A stretch of DNA of 54,694 bases from an uncultured Bacilli bacterium. Its GTDB lineage: Bacteria; Bacillota_I; Bacilli_A; RF39; UBA660. A program made the translations under genes and the position numbers. Location of the stretch: assembly GCA_944359085.1 (NCBI GenBank), contig CALVSQ010000003.1:1-54694 (forward strand), written 5' to 3'. Shown here one piece after another: positions 31,701 to 40,653 of this stretch. Numbering within the stretch: position 1 is the stretch's first letter; each line of letters starts with the position of its first letter. The notes beneath the pieces were generated by a model that had not been told where the DNA came from, did no database searches, and saw nothing but the letters and a program-made list of their open reading frames with translations.

Positions 31701-34325
31701 ATGACACAATATGTTTATTCTTTTAGCGAAGGAAACAAGGACATGAAAAATCTATTAGGCGGTAAAGGTGCCAACTTAGCAGAAATGAAAAGTATAGGAT
31801 TACCTGTTCCTGATGGATTTACAGTTACAACAGAAGCTTGTAATAAATACTATGCTGATGGTGAAAAAATAGCTGATGAAGTTATTGATCAAATTATGAC
31901 TAAATTAGCTAATTTAGAAAAAACATCAGGTAAAAAAATGGGTGATTTGAATAATCCATTATTAGTTTCAGTTAGAAGTGGTGCTAGAGCCAGTATGCCT
32001 GGTATGATGGATACTGTGCTTAATTTAGGATTAAATGATGAAGTAGCTAAAAACTTTAGTGAAAAAATAAATAATCCTAGATTTGTTTATGATTCATATA
32101 GAAGATTTATTCAAATGTTTGCAGATGTTGTAAAAGGTTATCCAAAATCTAGTTTTGAAAGAGTCTTAGATGAATTTAAAGAAAATAAAGGTGTTTCATA
32201 TGATACAGATTTAAACGCTGATGATATGAAAAAAATTACTAAAAAATTTAAAGATATTTACAAAGATTTAGCTGGTGAAGAATTTCCACAAGATCCTAAA
32301 GTTCAATTAATTGAAGCAGTTACTGCTGTATTTAGATCTTGGAATAATGAAAGAGCTATCATTTATAGAAGAATGAATGATATTCCAGGTAGTTGGGGAA
32401 CTGCTGTTAATGTTCAGGAAATGGTTTATGGTAATAGTGGAGATAATTCAGGTACTGGTGTTGCATTTACAAGAAATCCTGCTACTGGAGAAAATAAATT
32501 ATATGGTGAATATTTGATTAATGCACAAGGAGAAGATGTTGTTGCAGGTATTAGAACACCACAACCAATTTCTACTTTAAAAGAAGTAATGCCCGATGTT
32601 TATAAACAATTTAGTGAAATAGCTAAAACATTAGAAAATCATTATAAAGATATGCAAGATATGGAATTTACTATTGAAAACGGTAAACTATTTATGTTAC
32701 AAACAAGAAATGGTAAGAGAACTGCTCATGCTGCTTTAAAAGTTGCTGTTGATTTAGTAAATGAAGGTATGATTACTCCAAAAGAAGCTTTACTAAAAGT
32801 TGAACCAAGACAATTAGATCAATTATTACATCCAATGTTTGATAACGATGCATTAAAGAATGCTAAAGTTATTGCTAAAGGATTAGCGGCTTCACCTGGA
32901 GCAGGTGCTGGTAAAATTTATTTTACTGCAAGTGATGTAAGTGCAGCTAAAAAAAGAGGAGAAGAAACTTTGTTAGTAAGATTAGAAACTTCACCTGAAG
33001 ATATTCAAGGTATGAATGATGCTAATGGTATTTTAACTATTAGAGGTGGAATGACATCACATGCTGCTGTTGTTGCTCGTGGTATGGGTAGATGTTGTGT
33101 TTCTGGATGTTGTGAATTAATAATTGATGAAGAAAATAAAACTTTAAAAACTAAAGATGGTTTAGTATTTAAAGAAGGAGAGTATTTATCTATCGATGGA
33201 ACTACTGGTAATGTTTATGGTGAAAATGTTAAAACAGTTGAAGCTAGTATCAGTGGTGATTTTGAAACATTTATGAAATGGGCTGATGAAACTAGAAAAT
33301 TAAAAGTTAGAGCTAATGCTGATACACCAAAAGATGCAATTCAAGCTAGAAAGTTTGGGGCTGAAGGCATTGGATTATGTCGTACTGAACACATGTTCTT
33401 TGAAACAGATAGAATCTTTAACTTTAGAAGAATGATTTTAGCTGATACTTTAGAACAAAGAGAAGAAGCTCTAGAAAAAATATTACCTTATCAAAGAGAT
33501 GATTTTGAAAAATTGTTTGAAGCGATGGAAGGAGATCCTGTTGTTATTAGATATCTAGATCCACCATTACATGAATTTTTACCTCACACTAAAGAAGAAA
33601 TGGAACCATTAGCTAAAAGTTTAAATATTACTTTAGAAACTATTCAAAATAGAATTGATGCTTTAAAAGAATTTAATCCAATGATGGGACATCGTGGTTG
33701 TAGATTAGCAATTACTTATCCAGAAATTGCTAAAATGCAAACTAAAGCTGTTATTGAAGCAGCCATCAACGTAAATAAAAAAGGAATGAATGTTACTCCT
33801 GAAATAATGATACCATTAGTTGGTGATGTTAAAGAATTAGAATATGTTAAAAAAGTTGTAGTTGAAACAGCAGATAATATTTTAAAAGAAAACAATGTTA
33901 AAATGAAATATGAAATTGGTACAATGATTGAAATACCAAGAGCCGCTTTAACTGCTGATGAAATTGCAAAACAAGCTGAATTCTTTAGTTTTGGAACAAA
34001 TGATTTAACACAAATGACTTATGGTTTTTCAAGAGATGATGCTGGTAAATTTTTAAATGATTATTATGATAAAAAGATATTTGAAAATGATCCATTTGCT
34101 AAATTAGATCAAACTGGGGTTGGTCAATTAGTTGAAATGGCGGTACGTAAAGGTAAATCAACTAGACCAGATATCACTTTAGGTATATGTGGCGAACACG
34201 GAGGAGAACCATCTAGTGTTGAATTCTGTCATAAAGTTGGATTAAATTATGTATCTTGTTCTCCGTTTAGAGTGCCAATTGCAAGATTAGCTGCTGCCCA
34301 AGCAGTTGTAAAAGAGACAATATAA
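31701..34325 (+). CDS. ppdK: Pyruvate, phosphate dikinase
   Basis: LLGGKGANLAEM, VSVRSGARASMPGMMDT, GGMTSHAAVVARG, GICGEHGG; RBS gaggagg before ATG 31701. Confidence 0.98.
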   Translation: MTQYVYSFSEGNKDMKNLLGGKGANLAEMKSIGLPVPDGFTVTTEACNKYYADGEKIADEVIDQIMTKLANLEKTSGKKMGDLNNPLLVSVRSGARASMPGMMDTVLNLGLNDEVAKNFSEKINNPRFVYDSYRRFIQMFADVVKGYPKSSFERVLDEFKENKGVSYDTDLNADDMKKITKKFKDIYKDLAGEEFPQDPKVQLIEAVTAVFRSWNNERAIIYRRMNDIPGSWGTAVNVQEMVYGNSGDNSGTGVAFTRNPATGENKLYGEYLINAQGEDVVAGIRTPQPISTLKEVMPDVYKQFSEIAKTLENHYKDMQDMEFTIENGKLFMLQTRNGKRTAHAALKVAVDLVNEGMITPKEALLKVEPRQLDQLLHPMFDNDALKNAKVIAKGLAASPGAGAGKIYFTASDVSAAKKRGEETLLVRLETSPEDIQGMNDANGILTIRGGMTSHAAVVARGMGRCCVSGCCELIIDEENKTLKTKDGLVFKEGEYLSIDGTTGNVYGENVKTVEASISGDFETFMKWADETRKLKVRANADTPKDAIQARKFGAEGIGLCRTEHMFFETDRIFNFRRMILADTLEQREEALEKILPYQRDDFEKLFEAMEGDPVVIRYLDPPLHEFLPHTKEEMEPLAKSLNITLETIQNRIDALKEFNPMMGHRGCRLAITYPEIAKMQTKAVIEAAINVNKKGMNVTPEIMIPLVGDVKELEYVKKVVVETADNILKENNVKMKYEIGTMIEIPRAALTADEIAKQAEFFSFGTNDLTQMTYGFSRDDAGKFLNDYYDKKIFENDPFAKLDQTGVGQLVEMAVRKGKSTRPDITLGICGEHGGEPSSVEFCHKVGLNYVSCSPFRVPIARLAAAQAVVKETI

Positions 34326-34466
34326 TTGTCTTTTTTTATATAAATATTTTGTAAATTCTAAAAAAATTAACATATATTTTATTTGAACTAATTCTATATT
34401 ATTTTAAATTTGACAAATATAATTATTAATGTTATTATTGTACAGCACAAAGGAGAGTTTACATAT

Positions 34467-35081
34467 ATGAATTTTAGTTATAAAGAAGCAGTCTTATCTA
34501 AAACAATAAGAAAATATGTTGTAAAAAATGGAAAAATAAATATATTTTATTTGGACGAATCTGTTGATATTATGCCGTATACTATTGAAAATGAAGAAAA
34601 AATACAACAAATGATGATTTTGCAAGCACTAGAAAGAAAAAATAGTAACATTGATGAAACAATAGCAACTGATGCAACTGATTTTTATAACAAATTAACT
34701 GCAAATGTACTTTTTGATTTGACTTCACTATTTGGAGTTACTTTCACAAGTATTGAAGAATTACATATTTTGTTAAATTGTGGAATAGCATTTTTAGCTG
34801 GTATTACTATTAATAATGGAATAGAATATATTTCTAATTTAAAAAAATTAGAAGAATTAGCAAAATATGATATTTTTTTAACAATTAGATTAGAGTTAGA
34901 TCAATATCCACAATTATTAGATAGGTTTAAAAAATTAAGAAAAAGATTAAGCATAAATACAATTGACAATTATTCGTTAAAAGAAATTGAAAAAATTAGA
35001 GAAAATTTAGAAATTTTACAATTACAAGATAGTATTGCGTCAAAAGTGAAAGTTTTAAATAGTGGAAATCATAGTGTATAA
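34467..35081 (+). CDS. Hypothetical protein with central hydrophobic segments
   Basis: Own TTGACA promoter at 34410 and RBS aaggag before ATG 34467. Confidence 0.7.
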   Translation: MNFSYKEAVLSKTIRKYVVKNGKINIFYLDESVDIMPYTIENEEKIQQMMILQALERKNSNIDETIATDATDFYNKLTANVLFDLTSLFGVTFTSIEELHILLNCGIAFLAGITINNGIEYISNLKKLEELAKYDIFLTIRLELDQYPQLLDRFKKLRKRLSINTIDNYSLKEIEKIRENLEILQLQDSIASKVKVLNSGNHSV

Positions 35082-35150
35082 TAATACCAATATTAACTAT
35101 TGTTCTTGAATTATATATTTAAAAATGATAAAATTAAATTGGGTGATAAA

Positions 35151-36038
35151 ATGAAAATATTATGTTTAGGCCATGCTACCTATGACATTACATTACCATT
35201 AGATGAATATCCAATTGAAAACACAAAAAACAGGGTACAAGAAAGAATAGAATGTGGTGGTGGTCCTGCTAGTACTGCTGCTTATTTATTAGGTAAATGG
35301 GGGGCTAATGTATATTTTGCTGGTATAGTTGGTAATGATTTTTATGGTCATAAAATAAAAGAGGAGTTTGAAAGTGCCAATGTTAATACAACATATTTAG
35401 AATTAAAAGATAATCATAGCACGACATCTAGTTTTGTTTTAGCTAATAAACAAAATGGTTCAAGGACAACCTTTGCTTATAAGCCCAAAAAAGTTGAAAT
35501 GAATAAATTTGAATTAGATTTTGATCCTGATGTTATTTTAATTGATGGGCAAGAATATGAAATGAGTAAATATTTATTGAATAAGTATCCTAATTCATTA
35601 ACTATTATAGATGCAGGTAGAGATACTAACGAAGTAATTGAATTGTGTAAAATGGTTAAATGGGTTGCTTGTTCAAAAGATTTTGCAGAAAAAGTTACTA
35701 ATATGGAAATAAATTACGATAATTTTGAAACACTTAAAAATATTTATTCAAAGTTAAAAGAATTATTTCAAAATGAAGTGGTTATAACATTAGAAGATAA
35801 CGGCTGTTTGTATAATTATGAAATTATTAAATCAGTTAAATTAAAATCAATTGATTCTACTGGAGCTGGTGACATATTCCATGGAGCTTTAACATATTAT
35901 TTAGCTAATGGATATGATCCTAAATTTGCTCTACAACTTGCTAATTATGCAGGTGCTATTTCAGTTAGTAGAGTTGGTACTAGAAATTCAATTCCTTTAA
36001 AAGAAGAGATGGAAGCAGTATATAATGAATTTAAATAA
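35151..36038 (+). CDS. PfkB-family carbohydrate kinase
   Basis: GGGPASTAA, G.VGNDFYG, DSTGAGDIFHG. Confidence 0.92.
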   Translation: MKILCLGHATYDITLPLDEYPIENTKNRVQERIECGGGPASTAAYLLGKWGANVYFAGIVGNDFYGHKIKEEFESANVNTTYLELKDNHSTTSSFVLANKQNGSRTTFAYKPKKVEMNKFELDFDPDVILIDGQEYEMSKYLLNKYPNSLTIIDAGRDTNEVIELCKMVKWVACSKDFAEKVTNMEINYDNFETLKNIYSKLKELFQNEVVITLEDNGCLYNYEIIKSVKLKSIDSTGAGDIFHGALTYYLANGYDPKFALQLANYAGAISVSRVGTRNSIPLKEEMEAVYNEFK

Positions 36039-36297
36039 TTTAATATTTATTGATAATTTACCATCTTTAGATTTGCATGGTTTTGATCGTGAAACAGCTA
36101 AAGTTGCAATTAATGATTTTATTAATGATAATATTAAAATGAAAAATAAATTTGTTGTTATAATTCATGGAATTGGTAGTGGAATATTAAAAAATACGAC
36201 TCAAAAAACATTATTGCATAATAAGAATGTAATAGAGTTTAAAATACATCCTTTTAATATAGGATGTACTTTGGTTAATATTAATTTGACAAAATAA
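36025..36297 (+). CDS. Stand-alone Smr domain protein
   Basis: LDLHG, IIHGIGSGILK, N.GCTLV. Confidence 0.9.
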   Translation: MNLNNLIFIDNLPSLDLHGFDRETAKVAINDFINDNIKMKNKFVVIIHGIGSGILKNTTQKTLLHNKNVIEFKIHPFNIGCTLVNINLTK

Positions 36298-36410
36298 AAA
36301 AACATGCTATAATATATGGCACAACGGAGGAATATTAGATATTTATCTAATTTGACAAATAAAATAAATTATGGTAGTATATAGCCGTAAAAAGAGGGGG
36401 AATTTATATG
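36283..36410 (+). promoter_or_regulatory. Duplicated leader copy 1: two sigma-A promoters, palindrome and RBS
   Basis: TTGACA 36286 /16 bp/ TATAAT 36308; IR attagata-tt-tatctaat 36334-36351; TTGACA 36352 /17 bp/ TAGTAT 36375; gagggggaatttatATG. Confidence 0.85.
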
Positions 36411-37733
36411 TACGAAGAAAGAAGAAATACATTTAGTGTAAGAGACATTGTATTACAATTGTTAATGGTTATATTGTTTACTTTAATCATGATTTGGTTA
36501 TTCCCAACAAAAAGTTATTTAAAAGATAATTTTGTAGGAAAAGAAGAATTACAAAGTGAAATAAGTGAACAATTACAATCAATTTATGGTAGATTATTTG
36601 CTGATAATATTGAAAGTATGCGTGATGCAGCTCAAGGATATTTCACAAATTCTAGATTGCCACAAAAAATTGGTGATTCTGTTACTTTAACTTTAGGAGA
36701 AATGCTAGATAAAAAATTAGTATTATCATTTAAAGATAGTAACAACGAAACATGTGATATTAATAAATCATATGTCAAAGTTACTAAAATGAATGATGAA
36801 TATCAAATGAAAGTTCAATTATCATGTTCAGATTATGAAGATTATATCATAGTTTATATGGGATGTTATGATTATTGTGATTCTGATTTATGTATTAAAG
36901 ATGAAACACCTACAACTCCATCTAAACCTGATAAACCAACAAATCCAGATCCAGAAACTCCAGTTGTAAACAAAAAATATGAATATGAATATCGTTTAGA
37001 TGTTCAAAATACTTATTCTAATTGGGGTCCATGGTCAGCATGGTCAAAAAATAAAGTTTCAGCTAATAATTTAAGACAAGTTGAAATTAAGACTGAAGAA
37101 GAGATAACTGGTTATAGAACTGAAACTTATATTGATTATGAAACAGTAATTGAATATCAAACAAAAACTACTCAAGTTCAAACTGGTACTAGACCTGTTC
37201 CAAATGGTACATATGTTGTTGATTCTAGACCAGCAACTCCTAGTACTTCAGGTGGTGGATATGGAAGTTGGGTATATCAAGGATATATAACTTCTAAATC
37301 AGCTTTATCAAGTAGTAATACTGTAAGATATGATTATGTTAGTCATAAAACAACTGTTGATTGTTCTAATGTTTGTCAAAATGTTACAGTTTATACATAT
37401 AAAAAATATACAAGATCATATAATAGTGGTTCTACAACATATTCTTGTCCATCTGGATACTCATTAGAAGGTACAAATTGTGTTAAAAGAGAAACAAAAT
37501 ATACTTATGAACCTATTTATGAAACAGTAACTACTACAGTTCCAGTTGAAGTAAAAAAACCAGTAGAAAAAACAAGACAAGTTCCAATTAAAGAAAATGT
37601 TAAATATTATAGATATAGAACTCGTAAACAATTGACTGTTGCAGGTACTTATTATAAATGGAGTAGAAGTAAAAACGATAAAAACTTATTAGATCAAGGT
37701 TACTATTTAACAGGAAACAAAAGAGAAGTGTAA
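36408..37733 (+). CDS. Membrane-anchored surface protein, degenerate pilin-like, with Cys/Thr-rich extended C-terminus
   Basis: RRNT-FSVRDIV plus TM; VTLTLGEMLDKKLV resembles IVITLSQLKDAGLI of 8625; Pro/Thr linker; WGPWSAWS and YSCPSGYSLEGTNC motifs. Confidence 0.75.
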   Translation: MYEERRNTFSVRDIVLQLLMVILFTLIMIWLFPTKSYLKDNFVGKEELQSEISEQLQSIYGRLFADNIESMRDAAQGYFTNSRLPQKIGDSVTLTLGEMLDKKLVLSFKDSNNETCDINKSYVKVTKMNDEYQMKVQLSCSDYEDYIIVYMGCYDYCDSDLCIKDETPTTPSKPDKPTNPDPETPVVNKKYEYEYRLDVQNTYSNWGPWSAWSKNKVSANNLRQVEIKTEEEITGYRTETYIDYETVIEYQTKTTQVQTGTRPVPNGTYVVDSRPATPSTSGGGYGSWVYQGYITSKSALSSSNTVRYDYVSHKTTVDCSNVCQNVTVYTYKKYTRSYNSGSTTYSCPSGYSLEGTNCVKRETKYTYEPIYETVTTTVPVEVKKPVEKTRQVPIKENVKYYRYRTRKQLTVAGTYYKWSRSKNDKNLLDQGYYLTGNKREV

Positions 37734-37814
37734 ACTTACTTCTTTTTTGTTTGACTTTTAATAATGTTTATGCTAAAATTAAAGAGAATAGAGGAGAGTC
37801 GAGGTGGATAAGAA

Positions 37815-38234
37815 ATGAAAGATAATTATCTATTTGAATATGTTAATGAAAATGAATTTAGGAAATATGAAAGATCATTAAAAAAATATAATATGTTAGC
37901 ATATAAAAAATTGTATTTTTCATATTATCCATCATTTAAAGAAGGCAACTTTTTAGGAGAAATTGTTTCAACTAATGAACAAAATAACTCTAAAAATTAT
38001 GAATTAAAATTACCAACAGATATTATGTTTTCAAAAGTACATGGTGATATAAAATTACATTATACAGTTTATTTTAATGAAAAAATAGTAATGTTAGATA
38101 AAATAACACCAAAAGGAATTTTAGGGGAAGGACATCAATCAGAATTGACAACATATAAAGGTGTTATGGTATCTAAAGAAAATCAAGAAAAAGACATGTT
38201 TAAAATAAATTTATTAAAAATGTTACAAAAATAA
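37815..38234 (+). CDS. Hypothetical protein
   Basis: Own promoter (TTGACT...TG-C-TAAAAT), RBS gaggtgg and downstream terminator. Confidence 0.8.
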   Translation: MKDNYLFEYVNENEFRKYERSLKKYNMLAYKKLYFSYYPSFKEGNFLGEIVSTNEQNNSKNYELKLPTDIMFSKVHGDIKLHYTVYFNEKIVMLDKITPKGILGEGHQSELTTYKGVMVSKENQEKDMFKINLLKMLQK

Positions 38235-38236
38235 AC

Positions 38237-38265
38237 ACTAGATGATAGATACATCTAGTATTTTT
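38237..38265 (+). terminator. Intrinsic terminator
   Basis: actagatg-atagata-catctagt-a-ttttt. Confidence 0.7.
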
Positions 38266-38573
38266 GTACAAAAAAACAACCAATAAAGGTTGATATTTAT
38301 GCTTATTGATTATAAAGAAACAAATACAACAACCATTAAGTATATAATTTATAGGTAATAATAACTACTAGCTATTTACACTACTATTTTAATAAAATAC
38401 ATCAAAAAAATGATAGATTTAGCATATTTTGTGTTATAATAACTATACCCAAAAAGAGAAGTTTTGAATTATGTATAGATGTTAAAATATGCTGTTGCAA
38501 GAAAAAGTGTTTGTGCAAGAAGTTTATTAAAAATTTATATTTATTGTTTTTATAAAAAAAGGAGGAAATTTTA

Positions 38574-38903
38574 ATGTTTGGATTGATTAGTACAAAAAAT
38601 TTATATGTTGTAAAATTAGATTTAGTAACTGATTATAGACAATTGAATCATTTTGAAGGCAAATATAGATTAGCGGGGAATCCAAGATTCGCTTTAGCTA
38701 AAAAAATTGATTTTAATTATATAGATATTTTTACTGGAACAAAATATTCAGATTTAGTTTTTCCAGGAGAAGAAATTGTTATCCAATCTAGAGCGATACT
38801 AACATCAAAAAAATATATTACAAAAAAAGTAGCAAATATTATATTACAAGAAATTAGGCATGATTATTTAGATGATAAAAAATTAATAAAAGAATATAAA
38901 TAA
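38574..38903 (+). CDS. Hypothetical protein
   Basis: Strong RBS aaggagg; 109-aa ORF. Confidence 0.75.
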   Translation: MFGLISTKNLYVVKLDLVTDYRQLNHFEGKYRLAGNPRFALAKKIDFNYIDIFTGTKYSDLVFPGEEIVIQSRAILTSKKYITKKVANIILQEIRHDYLDDKKLIKEYK

Positions 38904-38925
38904 AATATAGTAATTTATATGATAA

Positions 38926-38976
38926 AAAAATAGTTAAAAATTTAATTCCAAATGATTTAAATTTTTAACTATTTTT
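38926..38976. terminator. 20-bp perfect inverted repeat, probable bidirectional terminator
   Basis: aaaaatagttaaaaatttaa (38926-38945) / ttaaatttttaactattttt (38957-38976) between a CDS and convergent tRNAs. Confidence 0.7.
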
Positions 38977-39063
38977 AAATTTAATAACGACAAAACTATT
39001 AATAAAAGTTTATAAAGTCTTTATATTATAACACTATTTTTATAGTTTTATAATTTATCCTAT

Positions 39064-39148
39064 TGGTGCGGATGAAGGGACTTGAACCCCCATGCCATAA
39101 GGCGCTAGATCCTAAGTCTAGTGCGTCTGCCAATTTCGCCACATCCGC
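39064..39148 (-). tRNA. tRNA-Leu (TAG)
   Basis: Reverse complement GCGGATG...CATCCGC-ACCA, anticodon arm ctaga-ctTAGga-tctag, long variable arm, 85 nt. Confidence 0.96.
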
Positions 39149-39154
39149 ATAAAG

Positions 39155-39231
39155 TGGTGGACCCTGTAGGACTCGAACCTACGACCGCCCGGTTATGAGC
39201 CGGATGCTCTAACCAACTGAGCTAAGGGTCC
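39155..39231 (-). tRNA. tRNA-Ile2 (CAT, lysidine-modified type)
   Basis: Reverse complement GGACCCT...AGGGTCC-ACCA, loop ctCATaa; resembles Bacillus tRNA-Ile2 rather than Met tRNAs. Confidence 0.9.
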
Positions 39232-39313
39232 ATGTACCAACTGATACTTCAATATAATAACATATTTATATATAATATGCAATATATTTTTAAAAATTTT
39301 TAATTTTTTTTAA

Positions 39314-39446
39314 AATTTGACAAAATTAAAAAAAATGTTATAATATATGGCAACAACTGAGGAAAATTAGAAATTTTATCTAATTTGACAAACATATTTG
39401 TTTGTGGTAGTATATATGCCATAAAAAAAGAGGGGGAATTTATATG
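39314..39446 (+). promoter_or_regulatory. Duplicated leader copy 2
   Basis: TTGACA 39317 /16 bp/ TATAAT 39339; IR aattaga-N7-tctaatt 39365-39385; TTGACA 39385 /17 bp/ TAGTAT 39408; gagggggaatttatATG. Confidence 0.85.
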
Positions 39447-40595
39447 GAAAAAAATTATTATGAATTATTAGGCGTTTCAAAAGAAGCATCAACAGAAGAA
39501 ATATGCGATGCATTTATGAAATTATCTAAAGAAAAATATCCTGATGGTTTCGGTGAAACTGATCAAGCAAAAAAAGAAGAATTTGGATTTGTATACGATG
39601 CATTCAAAACATTAACTGATGAAGAAACAAGAGCTGAATATGATAAAACATTAGAAAAAAGTGTTGTTAAAAATTTAAAAGTTAATGAAAATGCTAAAGA
39701 AAGACTAAAAAACGAAAATGTTAAACTTGTTGCTATGTTGACAACTGGTGTATTAGTTGCTACTTTTCTTGGAAACTTATTTGGTAATGCTGTAAGTAAT
39801 TGGTTTGGTAATAAAAATTCGAACAATTCTGAAGTTAATAATTCTACTTCAGTTGTTAGTGAAGTTGATAATACTGAACCAATCGTAGATGAAAAATTAT
39901 TAACAGCTGAAAATTTTGAAGAAAAAGTTCAAGAAATTTTAACTGATAATCAATCGAAAGGTTTAAATATAGATCCAACATTTATTAGATCTGCCTTATT
40001 TATTACTAATATTGACTATTTAGATCAAGAAGATATTAAAAAATTATATGGTAATACAGATTTAAATATGATTGAAGAAATTCAAAATATGTATAATTAT
40101 ACTTCTGCTGTAGGTACTCATAATAACAATGTTGCATTAGGTCAAGAAGAAGGTCAATATATTGCTTTATCAGACTTAGCTTATGATGAGCAAGATAAAC
40201 TTATCTTAAGAGAATTAGATCAAGAATTTGTTGATTTAGTAAATGATTTAAAAAATCAAAGTATGACTGATGAACAATTTCAAGCTTCATTTAAATATAT
40301 TACTGAATTTTATACAGGAAAAAGTCCATTAGTTACTGATGGTGTAGAATATGATAATTATTCTTTAACATCAGGTGCTGGTTTATTATCTGAACAATAT
40401 TGGCCAATGTTTTCTGTAAATTATGCTAGTAGTAAATTCATTACTAAAGAAAATATGATTGACATTAAAACTTTATCTGAAGGAACAGAAGAACAACCTG
40501 CAGTTATTAATGGTTCTAAATATTTAGGGGCTATTATCAATCATGAATCATTAGCTTGTTTAGAAGAAGAAAAAACTTTAACAAAAACGCAATAA
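39444..40595 (+). CDS. J-domain-like (YPD) membrane protein with acidic C-terminal domain
   Basis: NYYELLGVSKEAS.EEI..AF.KL...YPD...AFKTLTDEETRAEYD; TM LVAMLTTGVLVATFLGNLF. Confidence 0.8.
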   Translation: MEKNYYELLGVSKEASTEEICDAFMKLSKEKYPDGFGETDQAKKEEFGFVYDAFKTLTDEETRAEYDKTLEKSVVKNLKVNENAKERLKNENVKLVAMLTTGVLVATFLGNLFGNAVSNWFGNKNSNNSEVNNSTSVVSEVDNTEPIVDEKLLTAENFEEKVQEILTDNQSKGLNIDPTFIRSALFITNIDYLDQEDIKKLYGNTDLNMIEEIQNMYNYTSAVGTHNNNVALGQEEGQYIALSDLAYDEQDKLILRELDQEFVDLVNDLKNQSMTDEQFQASFKYITEFYTGKSPLVTDGVEYDNYSLTSGAGLLSEQYWPMFSVNYASSKFITKENMIDIKTLSEGTEEQPAVINGSKYLGAIINHESLACLEEEKTLTKTQ

Positions 40596-40653
40596 TGCGT
40601 TTTTTGTTTTATTTTATACCTTATTATGATATAATAGTAACAGGTGATTAAAT

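Noticed and set aside
36316-36384. 22-codon uORF MAQRRNIRYLSNLTNKINYGSI in leader copy 1
   Set aside because: Copy 2 shifts frame and stops after 7 codons, so conservation is not at the peptide level.
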